Assembly: GCA_976551045.1 (NCBI GenBank)
Contig: CDPCPM010000744.1
Span: forward strand, 12,338,001-12,402,000
Source of the DNA: Glaucostegus cemiculus
Taxonomy: Eukaryota
Length of the DNA: 64,000 bases
Direction of reading: 5' to 3'
Part shown: piece by piece, positions 40,801-52,600 of the stretch
Layout: each line of letters opens with the position of its first letter
Numbering within the stretch: position 1 is the stretch's first letter
Position numbers and translations under genes: made by a program
The notes under the pieces: generated by a model
What the model was told of the DNA's origin: nothing
What the model saw: only the letters and a program-made list of their open reading frames with translations
Databases searched by the model: none

Positions 40801-42003
40801 ACAAGAGTGAACTTTTCGTTTTGAAAAATCTGATATCATTTGATCTAAACCTTCCTTTTTAAATTGTAAGAAATCATTTTACCTATTTGGATGTAACAAT
40901 TACTAAAATACTTATTTAAAGAAAATTTGCTGACATTACTGAACTATGTGAAAAAGTTTGTATCAAACTCTATATTGTTGACTGCACGAATTAATTATAT
41001 TAAAAAGAATATTCTACCTCGATTTATATACTTACTTCCGGCGTTACCTGCAGTTAATCCTGTCCTTTTTTATTCTCTTGATTCAATTATACCTTGCTGT
41101 ATATGGAAAAACAAAAATCCTAGATTAAATAAAGCTCGCCTTCAGAAAGTTAAAAGGAATGGAAGTTTCGCCTTACCCAATTTTAGGTGCTATTACTGGG
41201 CAGTCAATATGTTTTGGTTAGATTACATTAATCATCAGGCTTGTCCAGTATTGGCTTCTTTGGAAGCTCATTCTGTTAACATATGTTTCTATTATTTCTT
41301 TGCTTGGCTATTCACTTCCTTTATCATTAAATACTCTAAATGATAATGTGGTAGTTATACATGTTTTGAGGATTTGGTTACAATCTGGAAAATATTTTGT
41401 TTTTTTCTAAATTTTCTTTGTCTAGTCCCATTTTTTCGATTCGTTTTAAACCTTCTATGACTGATGTAGTTTTTCAAGAGTGGGACAAATCGAGGATTAC
41501 TTGTTTTCAGGATCTGTTTGTCGGAGGAAATCTTTCTTCGTTTGAACAATTGTCAACTAAATACAGTTTAATAGGAAGTTGTTTTTTCTATATTTGCATA
41601 TTGGAGACTTTCTCCGACTTGAGTTTCACATATTTCCTGTGAGCCCTAACAGGAACTTACTAGATGTAATTTTTACTGTGAAGGCTCATTTATTATGGCT
41701 TAATATCTAATATTTATAACAGGTTATTAGGAATGAGTAAGCTTCCTTTAGATAAAATTAAAACTGATTGGGAACAAGTCTTGCAGATTTTAATTTCTGA
41801 GGAAACTTTCAATGAAATATTCAAATTGGTCAATAATTCAACATTATGCGCCCCTCACTCTCTTCTTCAATTTAAAGTGGTCATTGAGCTCACTTGTCCA
41901 AAGACAAGCTGTCCACTTTTTAATATATATGTATATATGCAGTAATGGAGACGCTTCTTTAAATCACATACTTTGGACATGTTCGAATCCTAAAAATACT
42001 GGA
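37825..42003 (+). mobile_element. Degenerate fish-type L1 LINE inside the GPCR A intron
   Basis: ORF1 remnant (R.LGLKE.IEG..PTEFF, about 38245-38310). ORF2 endonuclease motifs VKGLNHPVKR, YAPNTDD, GGDF, EYSFFSHVHHT, ISD; RT motifs RG.RQGCPL, SLYADD, SGYKFN; ends at HILWTC..YW. AT-rich and absent from paralog B. Confidence 0.88.
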
Positions 42004-42032
42004 TAGAGAAACGCAGATGCTGGAAATTGGGA

Positions 42033-42205
42033 GCAACAGACAATATGGTGGAGGAATTCATCGAGTCAGGCAGCACCTGGGGAAGAGAATGGACAGTCGT
42101 CGTTTCGTGTGGTGAGTCTTCATGTAGACTGCAAACTTCGACAGTCCATATCCCTCCATAGATGCTTCCTGATCCGCTGAGTTCCACCAGCATCCTGTGT
42201 GTTGC
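42033..42205. repeat. Imperfect inverted repeat (Penelope-end-derived palindrome) in the GPCR intron
   Basis: Arm 42033-42099 is the approximate reverse complement of 42139-42205; a centre-deleted paralogous copy lies at about 60817-60940. Confidence 0.75.
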
Positions 42206-42501
42206 TGGAGACCTTTCGTTTATGAAAACAATCTGCCATTCGTACAATCGTCAAGTTAACAAAAATTGGAATAAATATGGAAACGATACTAGTGTTCCAA
42301 CAAAAGCCGGGATGCATTTAATTTCCGTACAATTAGAGTTAGCTTTAGAGATGTGTCACTACCTTAATTAGTACATTGATGTTTCCTCCTCACACCCCAC
42401 CAACTCTTTGTTTTATCGTGCACTGGAATACAATAATTCGGAGTTCAACATCTGTGGCTTTTGTCAGATAAATTGAAAGTCTCGCGTTCCTTTCCCCACA
42501 G

Positions 42502-43391
42502 GTAATTTAACGGCGATCATCGTTCTGGGACGGGGAAAGTGCGGACTGTCCCGCTGCGTCACACACTATCTGGTGGCGATGGCAACAGCAGACCTATTGG
42601 TCGTCTTCTTCAACACGACGATACATTTTATTTATGGCGAAGTTTACCCCTATATGCCTCACACTCTCGCTTGCATCATTCAGAAGTCGATGGCGTTTGC
42701 ATCGTTCGATTGTTCCGTGTGGTTAACGGTGACTTTCACATTTGATCGCTTTGTAGCCATTTGCTGCCAACAATTTAAAACCAGGTACTGCAGGGTGAGA
42801 ACCGCCAGGATGGCGATAGGGACAGTGTATGTGCTAAGTTTATTAAGGAACGTTCCCTACTACTTTACATTCGAATCTTATGAAATCAACATACCTGTCG
42901 GTTGTGTTCATAAGGTGGAATTTAATTTCCTAACCGGGTGGATTGCTTTCTATTGGCTTCACAACATTTTAACCCCTCTGCTTCCATTCCTTGTTATTAT
43001 GTTACTTAACGTCCTCACGGTCAGATCTATCCTGGTGGCGAACAGGGCCCGCAGGAAGCTCCGCTCTCATGTCAGCGGCGAGAAAAAGGAGGACCCGGAG
43101 ATGGAGAGTCGAAAGAAGTCTATAATTTTACTGTTCTGTGTGTCGGGCAGTTTTATCCTACTGTGGCTAACTGAGGTGATTGTCTTCACGTACAAACAGA
43201 TAAGCAGCATGCACACGATCCCAAACTGGGACCATCCCCTGAACATAGCACTGAACGCCGGAGACATGCTCAAAATCCTAAGTTCGTGCACAAACGCGTT
43301 CATTTACCTTCTGACTCAGTCTAAGGTCAGAGAGGAACTGAGGAATGGAATCAAGTACCCCTTCACATTGATTCTTAAGTTAGTCAAATGA
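42502..43391 (+). CDS. GPCR copy A, coding exon 2; class A 7TM receptor, GPR139/GPR142-like chondrichthyan family (325 aa when spliced)
   Basis: Acceptor tttccccacAG at 42500-42501; frame GNLTAIIVLGRGKCGLSRCVTHYLVAMATADLL; TM3 Cys and FDRF (DRY variant); ECL2 Cys; TM5 Pro; TM6 SFILLW; TM7 SSCTNAFIY; stop TGA at 43389-43391. Family assignment is by motif recognition, not by search. Confidence 0.92.
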
Positions 43392-43559
43392 AAAGAAAGT
43401 GGTCGAAATAATGGTCCGATTAGCAAAAGCAGCGATGGAGAACACAAACCCATGTATCTTAACTCTCTGCAAATTACAAGCATTTGTTCTGAAAGAATGT
43501 ATTGTGACTCAAAACAGACACTACCCGCATGAAGTCAGGAGCATCACACAATGCAACAA

Positions 43560-43660
43560 ACCTCTGATGAAACAGTCTTCAACTTGAAACATTAACTGTT
43601 TCTTTCTCCACGGACGCTGCCTGACCTGAGTAATTCCAGCATATTCTGTTTTATTTTCAC
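43560..43660 (+). mobile_element. Penelope-end fragment with a hammerhead-like core, downstream of the GPCR A stop
   Basis: CTGATGA (43564-43570) ... GAAAC (43586-43590), then ..ctccacggacgctgcctgacctgagtaattccagcat; paralogous copy at 62315-62415. Confidence 0.6.
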
Positions 43661-44120
43661 AAGAACGGGTTCTTGATGCTCGGCATTGATTCTTTGCGCC
43701 GGCCCATTTCTGTGTTGTATGTCTCTATTACTCCAAGATTTCGAGAGATAATTTACTGCGTTATGATGAAAGAATATATCGGTTGTTAGGGTGATTAGAA
43801 TTGGGAGCAATGAGGTAGAATATTGGGTCGTTCACCTGAGGGTTGGATGTGGATTCATTCCTTTCCGGAAATGTTTTGGATCTTTCGATATGTTCATCTC
43901 AGAATCCCATGCATTCAAGTCTGGGGCCAATAGATTTAGAGTTAAAGTGTCGTACAGAAACTCTGTTTCTACTTCCATCTGCTGAGTGCCTCCATCATCT
44001 TCTGTGTTTTAGATTGTCCATGCTTGAGGTTTATCTTGGGCAGAAATATGATAAGGGGAATACGATACGTGGGTCAGGCAAGAAGCTGAGTTAAGGTCAA
44101 ATCAAAACTGTCATCATCTT

Positions 44121-46300
44121 CAAGGTTCAGGATTCAAGATTCAGGATTTGATGTATTGTCATTTCTCTGCGTAATTACATACACAAAAAAACGAAGTACT
44201 CTTTTTCACCAGCTCATATCAGTGCAACAAATAGAACAATGATAAATATCGAAAATAGTCTAAAAACATCCCTAAAACAAAACTAAAAACATGTCTACAC
44301 TACATATTCATGTCTGTTAAAGTGCGTTTATGTATTAATAAGTGCTCATACAGTTCGAGATTAAGTTCAATTTATCAGATAACTAACTATCAAACTGTTT
44401 CTGTATTGATAAGAGTATATACGTGTGTGTGGAGGGAGAGCTTCTCGGTGGAAGTGGAAGGAGACACAGTAAATTTATGATCCGGACTGCTTGAGAGAAA
44501 AAGCTGATCAGTATCCTACTAGATCTAGACAGATACTCCTATACGTCTTCTCCAACGGCAAGAGGGAAAACAGGTCGTGCGTAGAGCGATTAAAGTCCTT
44601 AATAATGGCCGTAGCTCTGCGAACGCTGCTTTGCTGATAGATCTCCATCAAAAAGGGGAGAGGGGCACCGATCATCCTGCGAGCTGTCTTCAGCATCCTA
44701 TTGAGCAGCTGTTTTTCGTAGACCTTTCAGTTACCAATCCAGGAGGTGAGAAAGTAGGTCAAGATGCTTTCAATGGTGGCCCTGTAAAAAGTGATGAGGT
44801 GTGGAGTAGGGAGGCCTGCCTTTCTCTGCAGGGGGTAAAGCCGCTGCTGGGCTTTTTTAACAGTGGTTGCAGTGTTAATAGTGGAGGTCAGATCCTCTGC
44901 GAGGTGAATCCCCAGAAACTTAAAGTTGCTGACCATCTCCACAGCAACACCATCAAAAGTCAGCTGTGTATGATCGTGCTTGCTAGCCCTCCTGAAATCA
45001 ATCACCATCTCCTTTGTTTTGTCCACATTGAGGGTGAGATTGTGAAATCTGCACTACGCTGTTAGCTGCTCCACCTCCATCCTATATTCAGACTCATCAT
45101 TGTCACTGACGAGACCCACCACTGTTGTGTCATCAGCGACCTTAATGATGTAGTTGGTAATGAATCTGGCAATTCTGTCATGTGTAAGCAGGCTAAACAG
45201 TAAAGGACTCAGGGCTCAGCCTTGAGGTGAGCCTGTGCTCACTGAGATGGTTCATGATGTATGACTGCCAACTCCAACTGTCTTCTGCCGCTGGGTCAGA
45301 AAATTGAGGAGCCAATTGCAAATGATAGTGTCCATCACTAACAGCCTCAGCTTTTCCACCAACTGTTGTGGACTGATCGTGTTAAATGCTGAGCTGAAAT
45401 CAATGAAGAGGATCCTGGCGTATGTACTCTTCCCTTCTAGATTTGACAGTATGAGGTGGAGCAAAGTGGAGATTGCATCCTCTGTGGATCGATTGACTCC
45501 ATATCCAAACCGTAGGGGATATACGTTTGGAGGGAGACCGGTCTTAATATGCTGCATGACCAGTCGCTCAAAACATTTCATTATTATTGGAGCAAGGGCC
45601 ATAAGGCGGGAGTAATTCAGGCAGGATGAGATCGACTTTTTTGGAACAGGAATAATCATGGAACTTTTGAAGCATGTGGACATTACTGTCTGGCTGAGTG
45701 AGATATTAAATAATTCGGCAAAGACACCCTTCAGCTGCTCTGCACAATACTTTAAACAATTTCAGGGATGTTGTCCGGCCCTGCCGCTTTACGTGGATTG
45801 ACGCTGGTGAAGGCCTTTTTCCCTCGAGCTGTACACAGCTGAAGTACCTGTTCTCTTAATGATGATGGAAGCATCTGTGCCTGAACGGTGTTATTTTGCC
45901 TCAAAACGTGCATAAAAACATTACGTTTATCTGGTAAAGAGAGTCATTGTGACATATCCGGGGGGCGCGGGGGTGGGTGCTTGTAGTCGGTGATTGTTTG
46001 AAATCCTTGCCATAGACGACGTGTGTCTTTGTTGTTTCTGAAATGGCTGTTAAGGTTCTGTCCATAAAGCCTCTTCGCCTCCCTGATCCCCCGGGACAAA
46101 GTTTTCCATCCCAATCTGTGTGCAGCAATATCCCCAGATTCAATTGCAGCATTACGGACTCTTAGCAGTGAACAGACTTCCCCAGTCAACCAAGGTTTCT
46201 GATTGGCACGCATCTTGATGGTTTTGACCACAGTCACATCATCTCTGCATTTATTGATGCAGCCAATGACGATCTATGTGTATTCCTGCAAGTCAACGAA
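44121..46300 (-). mobile_element. Rex1/Babar LINE, 5'-truncated, specific to block A
   Basis: ORFs 45252..45683 ([35 protein letters not shown]), 44727..45026 (KTKEMVIDFR) and 45944..46237 (NQKPWLT); short gattca-type tandem tail at 44121-44150; the site is empty in B near 62890. Confidence 0.9.
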
Positions 46301-47019
46301 AGAGTGGCCTCGAGGGACATTTGAGCGAGAGCTGATCCTCCATCAATTCCCAAAAATCTCTGGAGATCAATCTCAGCACAAAAAGTAATCATCCCCATCC
46401 CCTTGGTTACAGAGCAGCATCAATTGCGAGCCATCTGTCCGACCTCTTTCCTGTTAATCTCAGCAGGTAAAGGGAAACCCTTGCACCCTATACTTTATTT
46501 CCTGGTTCTGTTTTCTCCAGCCGGGGGATGCAAACTCTTAACCTTTCAACTTTTCTATATTAGGGTTAGTTTCCTTTATTTTCAATTGTTCTTCGTTATA
46601 TAGGCCATCCGTGCTCAGATATCTCCTTAACGGGTATCTCCGACCAAAGCCCGCCTCTCACTGATGAATCAATGGAGAACACCTGACCTCCAACACGGGT
46701 AATGCTTTGAAGGATACGGAGACAAGCTTACAGAAATTGTCACAGCCGTCTTTTCACTGATTTTCTGCACAATGGTGAAAAGACACATCTTCTCTTGCTC
46801 TTGTTTGCTGTACCTGATGGGAACATGTTGCTTCCCATGCAATAGTGAACGGAGATGACAGTGCGAACCATCTTATCATTACTACTGATGTATATTCGCT
46901 CGTTCCATTCTTCCTCCTGAGGTGAATAACTTCACGATTTCCCACGTATTTCTTCACCAGATTGACCACTCACTTGAACTTGCCACTTTGAAGTAACTTA
47001 TAGGCGGAAATTAAATCAG

Positions 47020-47405
47020 ATGATGCTGGAGGAAACCAGAGAAGTGGCTACAGGAATTCGGCACAGATCCCACATAGGCAGCCCCGAGGTCAGAACGGAG
47101 CCTTCGGTTCACCTGAGCAGTATAGCAACAACAATCTCCCGCCTGGAGTCCCTATCACAGATACTTTTGAATACTCCTCACGGTTCGTTCTTTGTTTTCC
47201 CAGTAATTTGCCTCATTAGCAATCTCGGATGAATTTCATTTCACAAAATCATCTAATTGGGAGGGCGGCACAGTGGCCCCTGCTTCACAGATCCAGAGAC
47301 TCGTGTTCGATTCTGACCTCGGCTCCTTTCCGTGTGTAATTTACACGTTCTCACTGTGGTCGTGTGGATTTCCCCCAGGTACCCCAGTTACCTCCAACAT
47401 TCCAA
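47020..47405. mobile_element. Divergent pair of old V-SINE fragments (- 47020-47130; + 47262-47405)
   Basis: B-box-like gtgttcgattctgacc and a V-core remnant; the same arrangement recurs at 63280-63700. Confidence 0.6.
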
Positions 47406-47729
47406 AGCTGTTTTGCTTGATATTAATGGGAGAGTCATTAATTATCTCAGAGTGGTTACATCACCATGGACACTGTTCGATCCCTCTATTCTTGATGTAA
47501 TTCAAATCCACCCTGCTCGACTTCGCCGCCCTCAATCAAAATCCTGAATATTGATGAATTTTACTTATTTGTCCCACACACATTTGAAACCAAACCCCGG
47601 CAGTATATTCCAGACACTCGTCGGAAAACTGTTCCCTAATTTGTCTCGGGGTAACCTGACTGCAGCGGAGCCGGAGACAGAGAGCTACCGTTATTTGGAG
47701 GCGCCACCGCTCAGTGTGTGTAGAAGAGA

Positions 47730-50700
47730 GAAAGTACACCACAGGAACACGATCTTCGGCACACCATGTCTGTGCCGTATCATGATGCCGAACTAAATAT
47801 ATCTCATCGACACCACTCCATCCCCTGCATTTTCATGTGCCGTCTAAATGCCTTCTTAATGTTACTATCGTACCTGCCTCCACCACAACTTCTGGCTGCA
47901 CGTTCTGAGCACCCACCACTCTCTGTGTAAAGAATTTGCCTCGGAAATCTCCTTTTGAACTTTCCCCCTCTCACCTTAAAGCTCTGTCTTGTAGTATCTG
48001 ACATTTCCACCCCGAGAAATGCCTCTCATAAATTTTTACAACTCTGTCAGTTCGTCCATTAACCTCTGAAGCTTCAGAGAAAACATTTCAAGATTCTCGA
48101 ACCTCTCCTTATGCCTATCCTCTTCAGTGCAGGCAATAGCCTGCTAAACCTTTGGCGCACACTTTCCAAAATCTCCACATCCTTCCACATGCGGTGACCA
48201 GAACTGCACACAATAATTCAAATGTGGCCTAGCCATGGTTTTATAAAGCTTAAGTTGACTCCCCAACTTCTCTGCTCAATGTCCCCACTAATAAATTCGA
48301 ATAATCCACACACATTCTTTCCAACCACGTCCGCGTGTTAGCACTTCCCTCTTACATTTGACCACACAACACTTCACGTTTGCACAGAGTAAACTCCATC
48401 TGCCATTGCTCCCTCCAAATTTCCAACAGATCTGTATCCTGCCGACACTTTTACCAATCTTCCACGCTGTCCACAACTCCGCCCGTTATAATTTCGTCTG
48501 CAAACTTACTAATCTGCCCACCTACATTTACTCCAGGTGTATATATCACAACCAACACAGGCCCAAACACAGATCACTGTGGAACACCACTAACGATTGA
48601 CTTCAAATCAAATTTACACCCCTCCACAAGTACCCTCTGGGATTTATTTGGGATTTATTCTACCAGCTCACGAGGAATGCATATGTCGTAATCTTTTGAA
48701 TGAGCTTATCACGAGGGATCTCATCGAATGTTTTACTAAATTCGTGCAGACAACATTCAATGCCCTTCATGATCTCATTCATGATCTTCGTAACCTCCTC
48801 AAAACTCAATCAAGTTTGTAAGACGGGTACTCCCCATCCGGTACAAAGCTATACTAACTATCCCTAATGGGCTCATGATTTTCCATATGTCAGTATATCC
48901 TATCCCGAAGAATCTTCACCAACACTTTACCAACCACAGGCGCAAGGCACAGTGACCTTAAACTTCTTGCTTCCTCCCTATCGATCTGACCCTTCCTAAA
49001 TAAGCAATAACAATGGTTATTCTCCAGTTTTCTGTGACCTCTATAGCTAACGGGAAAGCGAATGTCTCTTGCAAAAACTCAAACAATCTCCTCTCTTGCT
49101 TTCTCAATATCCTGCGCTAGTTGCCATTAAGTCTTGGGGACTTAAGCACCTTATTGTTCTTTAAGAGACCGAAGAACGCCTCCTTCTTCATATCCATATA
49201 CCGTTCTCTGATCTTGCGATCCTCCATCTCGTTCTTGGTGAATGACAAGTATTCGTTTAGTACCTCGCCCACTGATTCCAGGCATAAATGCCCTCCATTG
49301 TCCTTGAGTTGTCCTACACTCTCCTTATTACATCTTAATCTACATATAAAATTTCTGTACAGGTTATAAAATGCATAGGATGCTGAAAATTATAAACATA
49401 AAGATAGAGTAGGTGAGCAAATGAGCAAAGCATATTTTAGAAAGTAATTTGAAACTTCTGTGTGTATAGAGAAGAGTATGGATAAAATAGAGACACAATA
49501 AATTCTGCACATGCTGGAAATCGAAGTAATACACAAAAAGTGCTGGGCAGCATCCATGATGGGAAAACGAGAGTCGGTCCCTTGGAGGATGAAATTTGTG
49601 AATTAATAATGGGAAGTGGAGAAATAGCAGAGATTCAGAATAATTATTTTGGATCAGTCTTCACGGCAGAAGATACTGGGACCATCCGAATAATAACAGA
49701 TAATCAAGTGGCTATACCTAGACAATTGTTAAAGCAGCCTTTATCATCGGAGAAAAAGAACTAAGCAAGCTAATAAAGCAAAAGTCCGGCAGTTGCCACA
49801 TCTGATATGCCTTACAGGATGCGGATAATGAATTCATTTTTTATACTTTATCAAAATGCTGCAGATCTCCTGAGAAGTGGGGAAACGCAAATTTAACACC
49901 ACTATTAAGAAAAAAATGAGGTGGTAGGAGAGGAGATGTTGAGCGAGCGAGGGCTTTTCTCCTTGGAGTGATGGAGGATGAGAGACGACTTGATCCAGGT
50001 GAATAGGATTATGAGAGATCTCGGCAGAGTGGACAGCCAACATCATTTCCTCAGGACGGTAATGTTCAATACTAGAGATCTTCCCTTGAAGGTGTGTGGA
50101 GGAAAGTTCGAGGTTGGAGAGGTCAGAGAACGTTATTTAAACAGAGAGTGGTGGGTATATGGAATGCATTAACGGGAGGGAACGATACGACAGGATCATT
50201 TAAGAGTCTCTTAAATTGGCATATGGATAAAAAATTGAGGGTTATAGGAAGTGAAGAGAAGAGGGAGTAGATTAAATGCGGATAAGGTTTATGCAGATTG
50301 GAACAACATCGTGGGCCGAAGGGCCAGTGCTCTGATGCATTGTTCTATGTTCTATGAAACCTAAGCCTCACATCTACTATTGGAAAAATGTGGGATAACA
50401 GCATCAATTTCATAGTTGGATATTTGGAAACGGTAAGACAATCAAGCAGCATACACGCGATTTTATCAAAGGGAAATGGTCTGATAAATTGTCAGTATTC
50501 TCCGCGGATGTTAAAACAGGGGTGGGTAAAAGGGAGTCAATAGATGCAGTGCATTTCGATTTCCAGAAAACAGTCAAATTTTCATGTAAAAGGTTGCAGT
50601 GCAGGACCTGGACTGGGGCTAAAATATCAGCATGAACAGGGGATTGACCCGACCAACAGAAAACCGAGTGTAAGTCATTTTGGATTGCTGTTCAGTAAAT

Positions 50701-51670
50701 GTTTCGGGGTTACAGATTTAATTGCTGGGCTCTCAACTATTCACAATAAACATCGATCACTGGGATGAAGTGATGGAGTATACAGGGGCCAAATTTGCTG
50801 CTGATATCAAGACGGGTGGGTTAGCATGGTTTTAGATAGATTCGAAGAGCCCAGAAGGAAAATATAGACGAACGGAGACAGAATGGTTAAATGGGTAAGA
50901 ATCTGACAAATGGGAGTATAAGGTGGGAAGATGTGAGATTATCCACGTTGGAAAGGACACTGAAAAACCACCTTATTGTTTACACTTTTTTGCATTACAC
51001 GGAGATGAGAGGGCCCCAGAAAACAAGCAACTGAGATGAAAAATGGCACCGAAATAAAGAAAGTTAATCGGATATTATTTTTTTATTACAAGATCCATAG
51101 ACTACAACAGTAACGAATATTTACACAACATTGCAGGGCACCAGTGAGACATAATTTCGATTGTATAGCGGGCTGGTCTCTAAATGAAATGAAAGAAACA
51201 CTTCCGTTGAAGGCAGTGCAGTTAGTTGATTTCTCACATAAAGGGATTGCTGTACTGACAAAGCCAGCTGGGCCCGTACACACAGACCTTTATCAAAATA
51301 AAGATTATCTTTGTTAAATATATATAATTCTGAGCATGTTTGATGAGATGGATGTAGATAGCATGTTGCCTTTGTGGGATTGTCCAGAATAAGGGAGTTT
51401 AGTTTCAGAATAAAGTTTTGCCCACTGAAGATGAAGGAATTTCTTCTCGAAGGGGTTGGCGTAATATTGGAATCCTATACTCCAAAGAGTTGTGAAGCCG
51501 GAGTCAATGAATATATTTAAGGCGGATATCTACAAGGAATTAAACTGCAAGTGGGATATTGGACATGCAGAAGCGATCGGAAGGGTGTTGGAGCAAAACT
51601 GAATTTATCGCGATGTGATTGAATGGTGAAGCAGGCTGAAAGGACCGGCTCATCTATTTTTCTTCTTGGT
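47730..51670. mobile_element. Nested, degenerate CR1 fragments (- 47730-49330; + 49400-51670)
   Basis: CR1 motifs in ORFs 47804..48010, 48288..48476, 49540..49764 (VGPLEDE..AEIQNNYFGSVFT) and 49978..50172; gttctatgttctatg tail near 50345. Confidence 0.75.
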
Positions 51671-52364
51671 TTACTGAGGTACTGCTCCTTCATACCTTTA
51701 TTTATTGCTTGGTGGCCGATAATATACTCCCACAAATGACTTCTTGACATAATTGTCTCCGCTCAACTGTTCCACATCTTGAGTGTCTGAGTCAAAATAA
51801 TTCCTGACCACTGGTCTTTCCATTCAATAACAGAGGAGATTCGTTTCCTTTTCTTTCTATCCTTACGAAATTACGAATACTCCTGAATATTCAGTGGCCA
51901 CGCCCTGTAACACTTTAGCCACAGCCGGGTAATGCCTGCCACGTCAAATCCATAAGTTTCTATTTATGGCGTCAGCCCATCTCTCTTGTTACGAATACTG
52001 TCTTCAATAAGATAAGAGATTTTTAGTGTTATGTTTGCTCTGTCTCCAACTCACACACAACTTGGTTGGTGCATTCTCATGCTTACACACTCTGCCCCTT
52101 CTTCATATACTGCATGGCATATCTTCAGAGTAATCAGAGAGTACTGAATCACGGTAAGTGTTGGAATATCAGTGAGGGCTTGCGGAAAACTATAGTCCCT
52201 CAACAAGCGGCCGTGTCTTGAATTTCAATTACCGAAACCATGGTGGATTCAGAAACTGTGCTCCGAATGAAAAGCTCAAACATTCTTATCTGCCTTTAAG
52301 ATAAACCATCTAATCGATTTCCTAATAAATAAAAGCACACGTCAAAGTGTCGTTAATTATCTTA

Positions 52365-52600
52365 GATGCAGCCGATTGGATTCGATTCTGACTTCCGGTG
52401 CAGTCGGTGTGGTGTTTGTACATTTTCCTTGTGGCAGCGTGGGTTTCCTCACACATCCCAAAGACATGCAGTTTGGCGGTTTATGTGGCCAATGTAAACT
52501 GGGTGACTCTTTGAATCAGGAACGGTGTTTGGAGAGTTAGGGGGTGTGGCGGTGTGATGAGAGCGTGGGAAGAAAAGAATGGGGTTCCTGTAAATGGCTG
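52365..52600 (+). mobile_element. Old V-SINE
   Basis: ggattcgattctgacttccggtgcagtcggtgtggtgtttgtaca...gcgtgggtttcctc..acatcccaaagac. Confidence 0.65.

Larger units (their letters stand above)
33020..47720 (+). repeat. Segmental duplication, block A (contains the intact GPCR)
   Basis: Colinear homology with 52600-64000 in non-coding sequence: 33900-34400/53600-54130, 35350-37800/58280-60790, 42215-44120/60955-62890, 46300-47720/62900-64000. Confidence 0.92.

Noticed and set aside
42573-43391. Single-exon 272-aa GPCR starting at GTG 42573 (and at 61308)
   Set aside because: It lacks TM1; an acceptor at 42501 and the upstream exon restore a complete 7TM protein.
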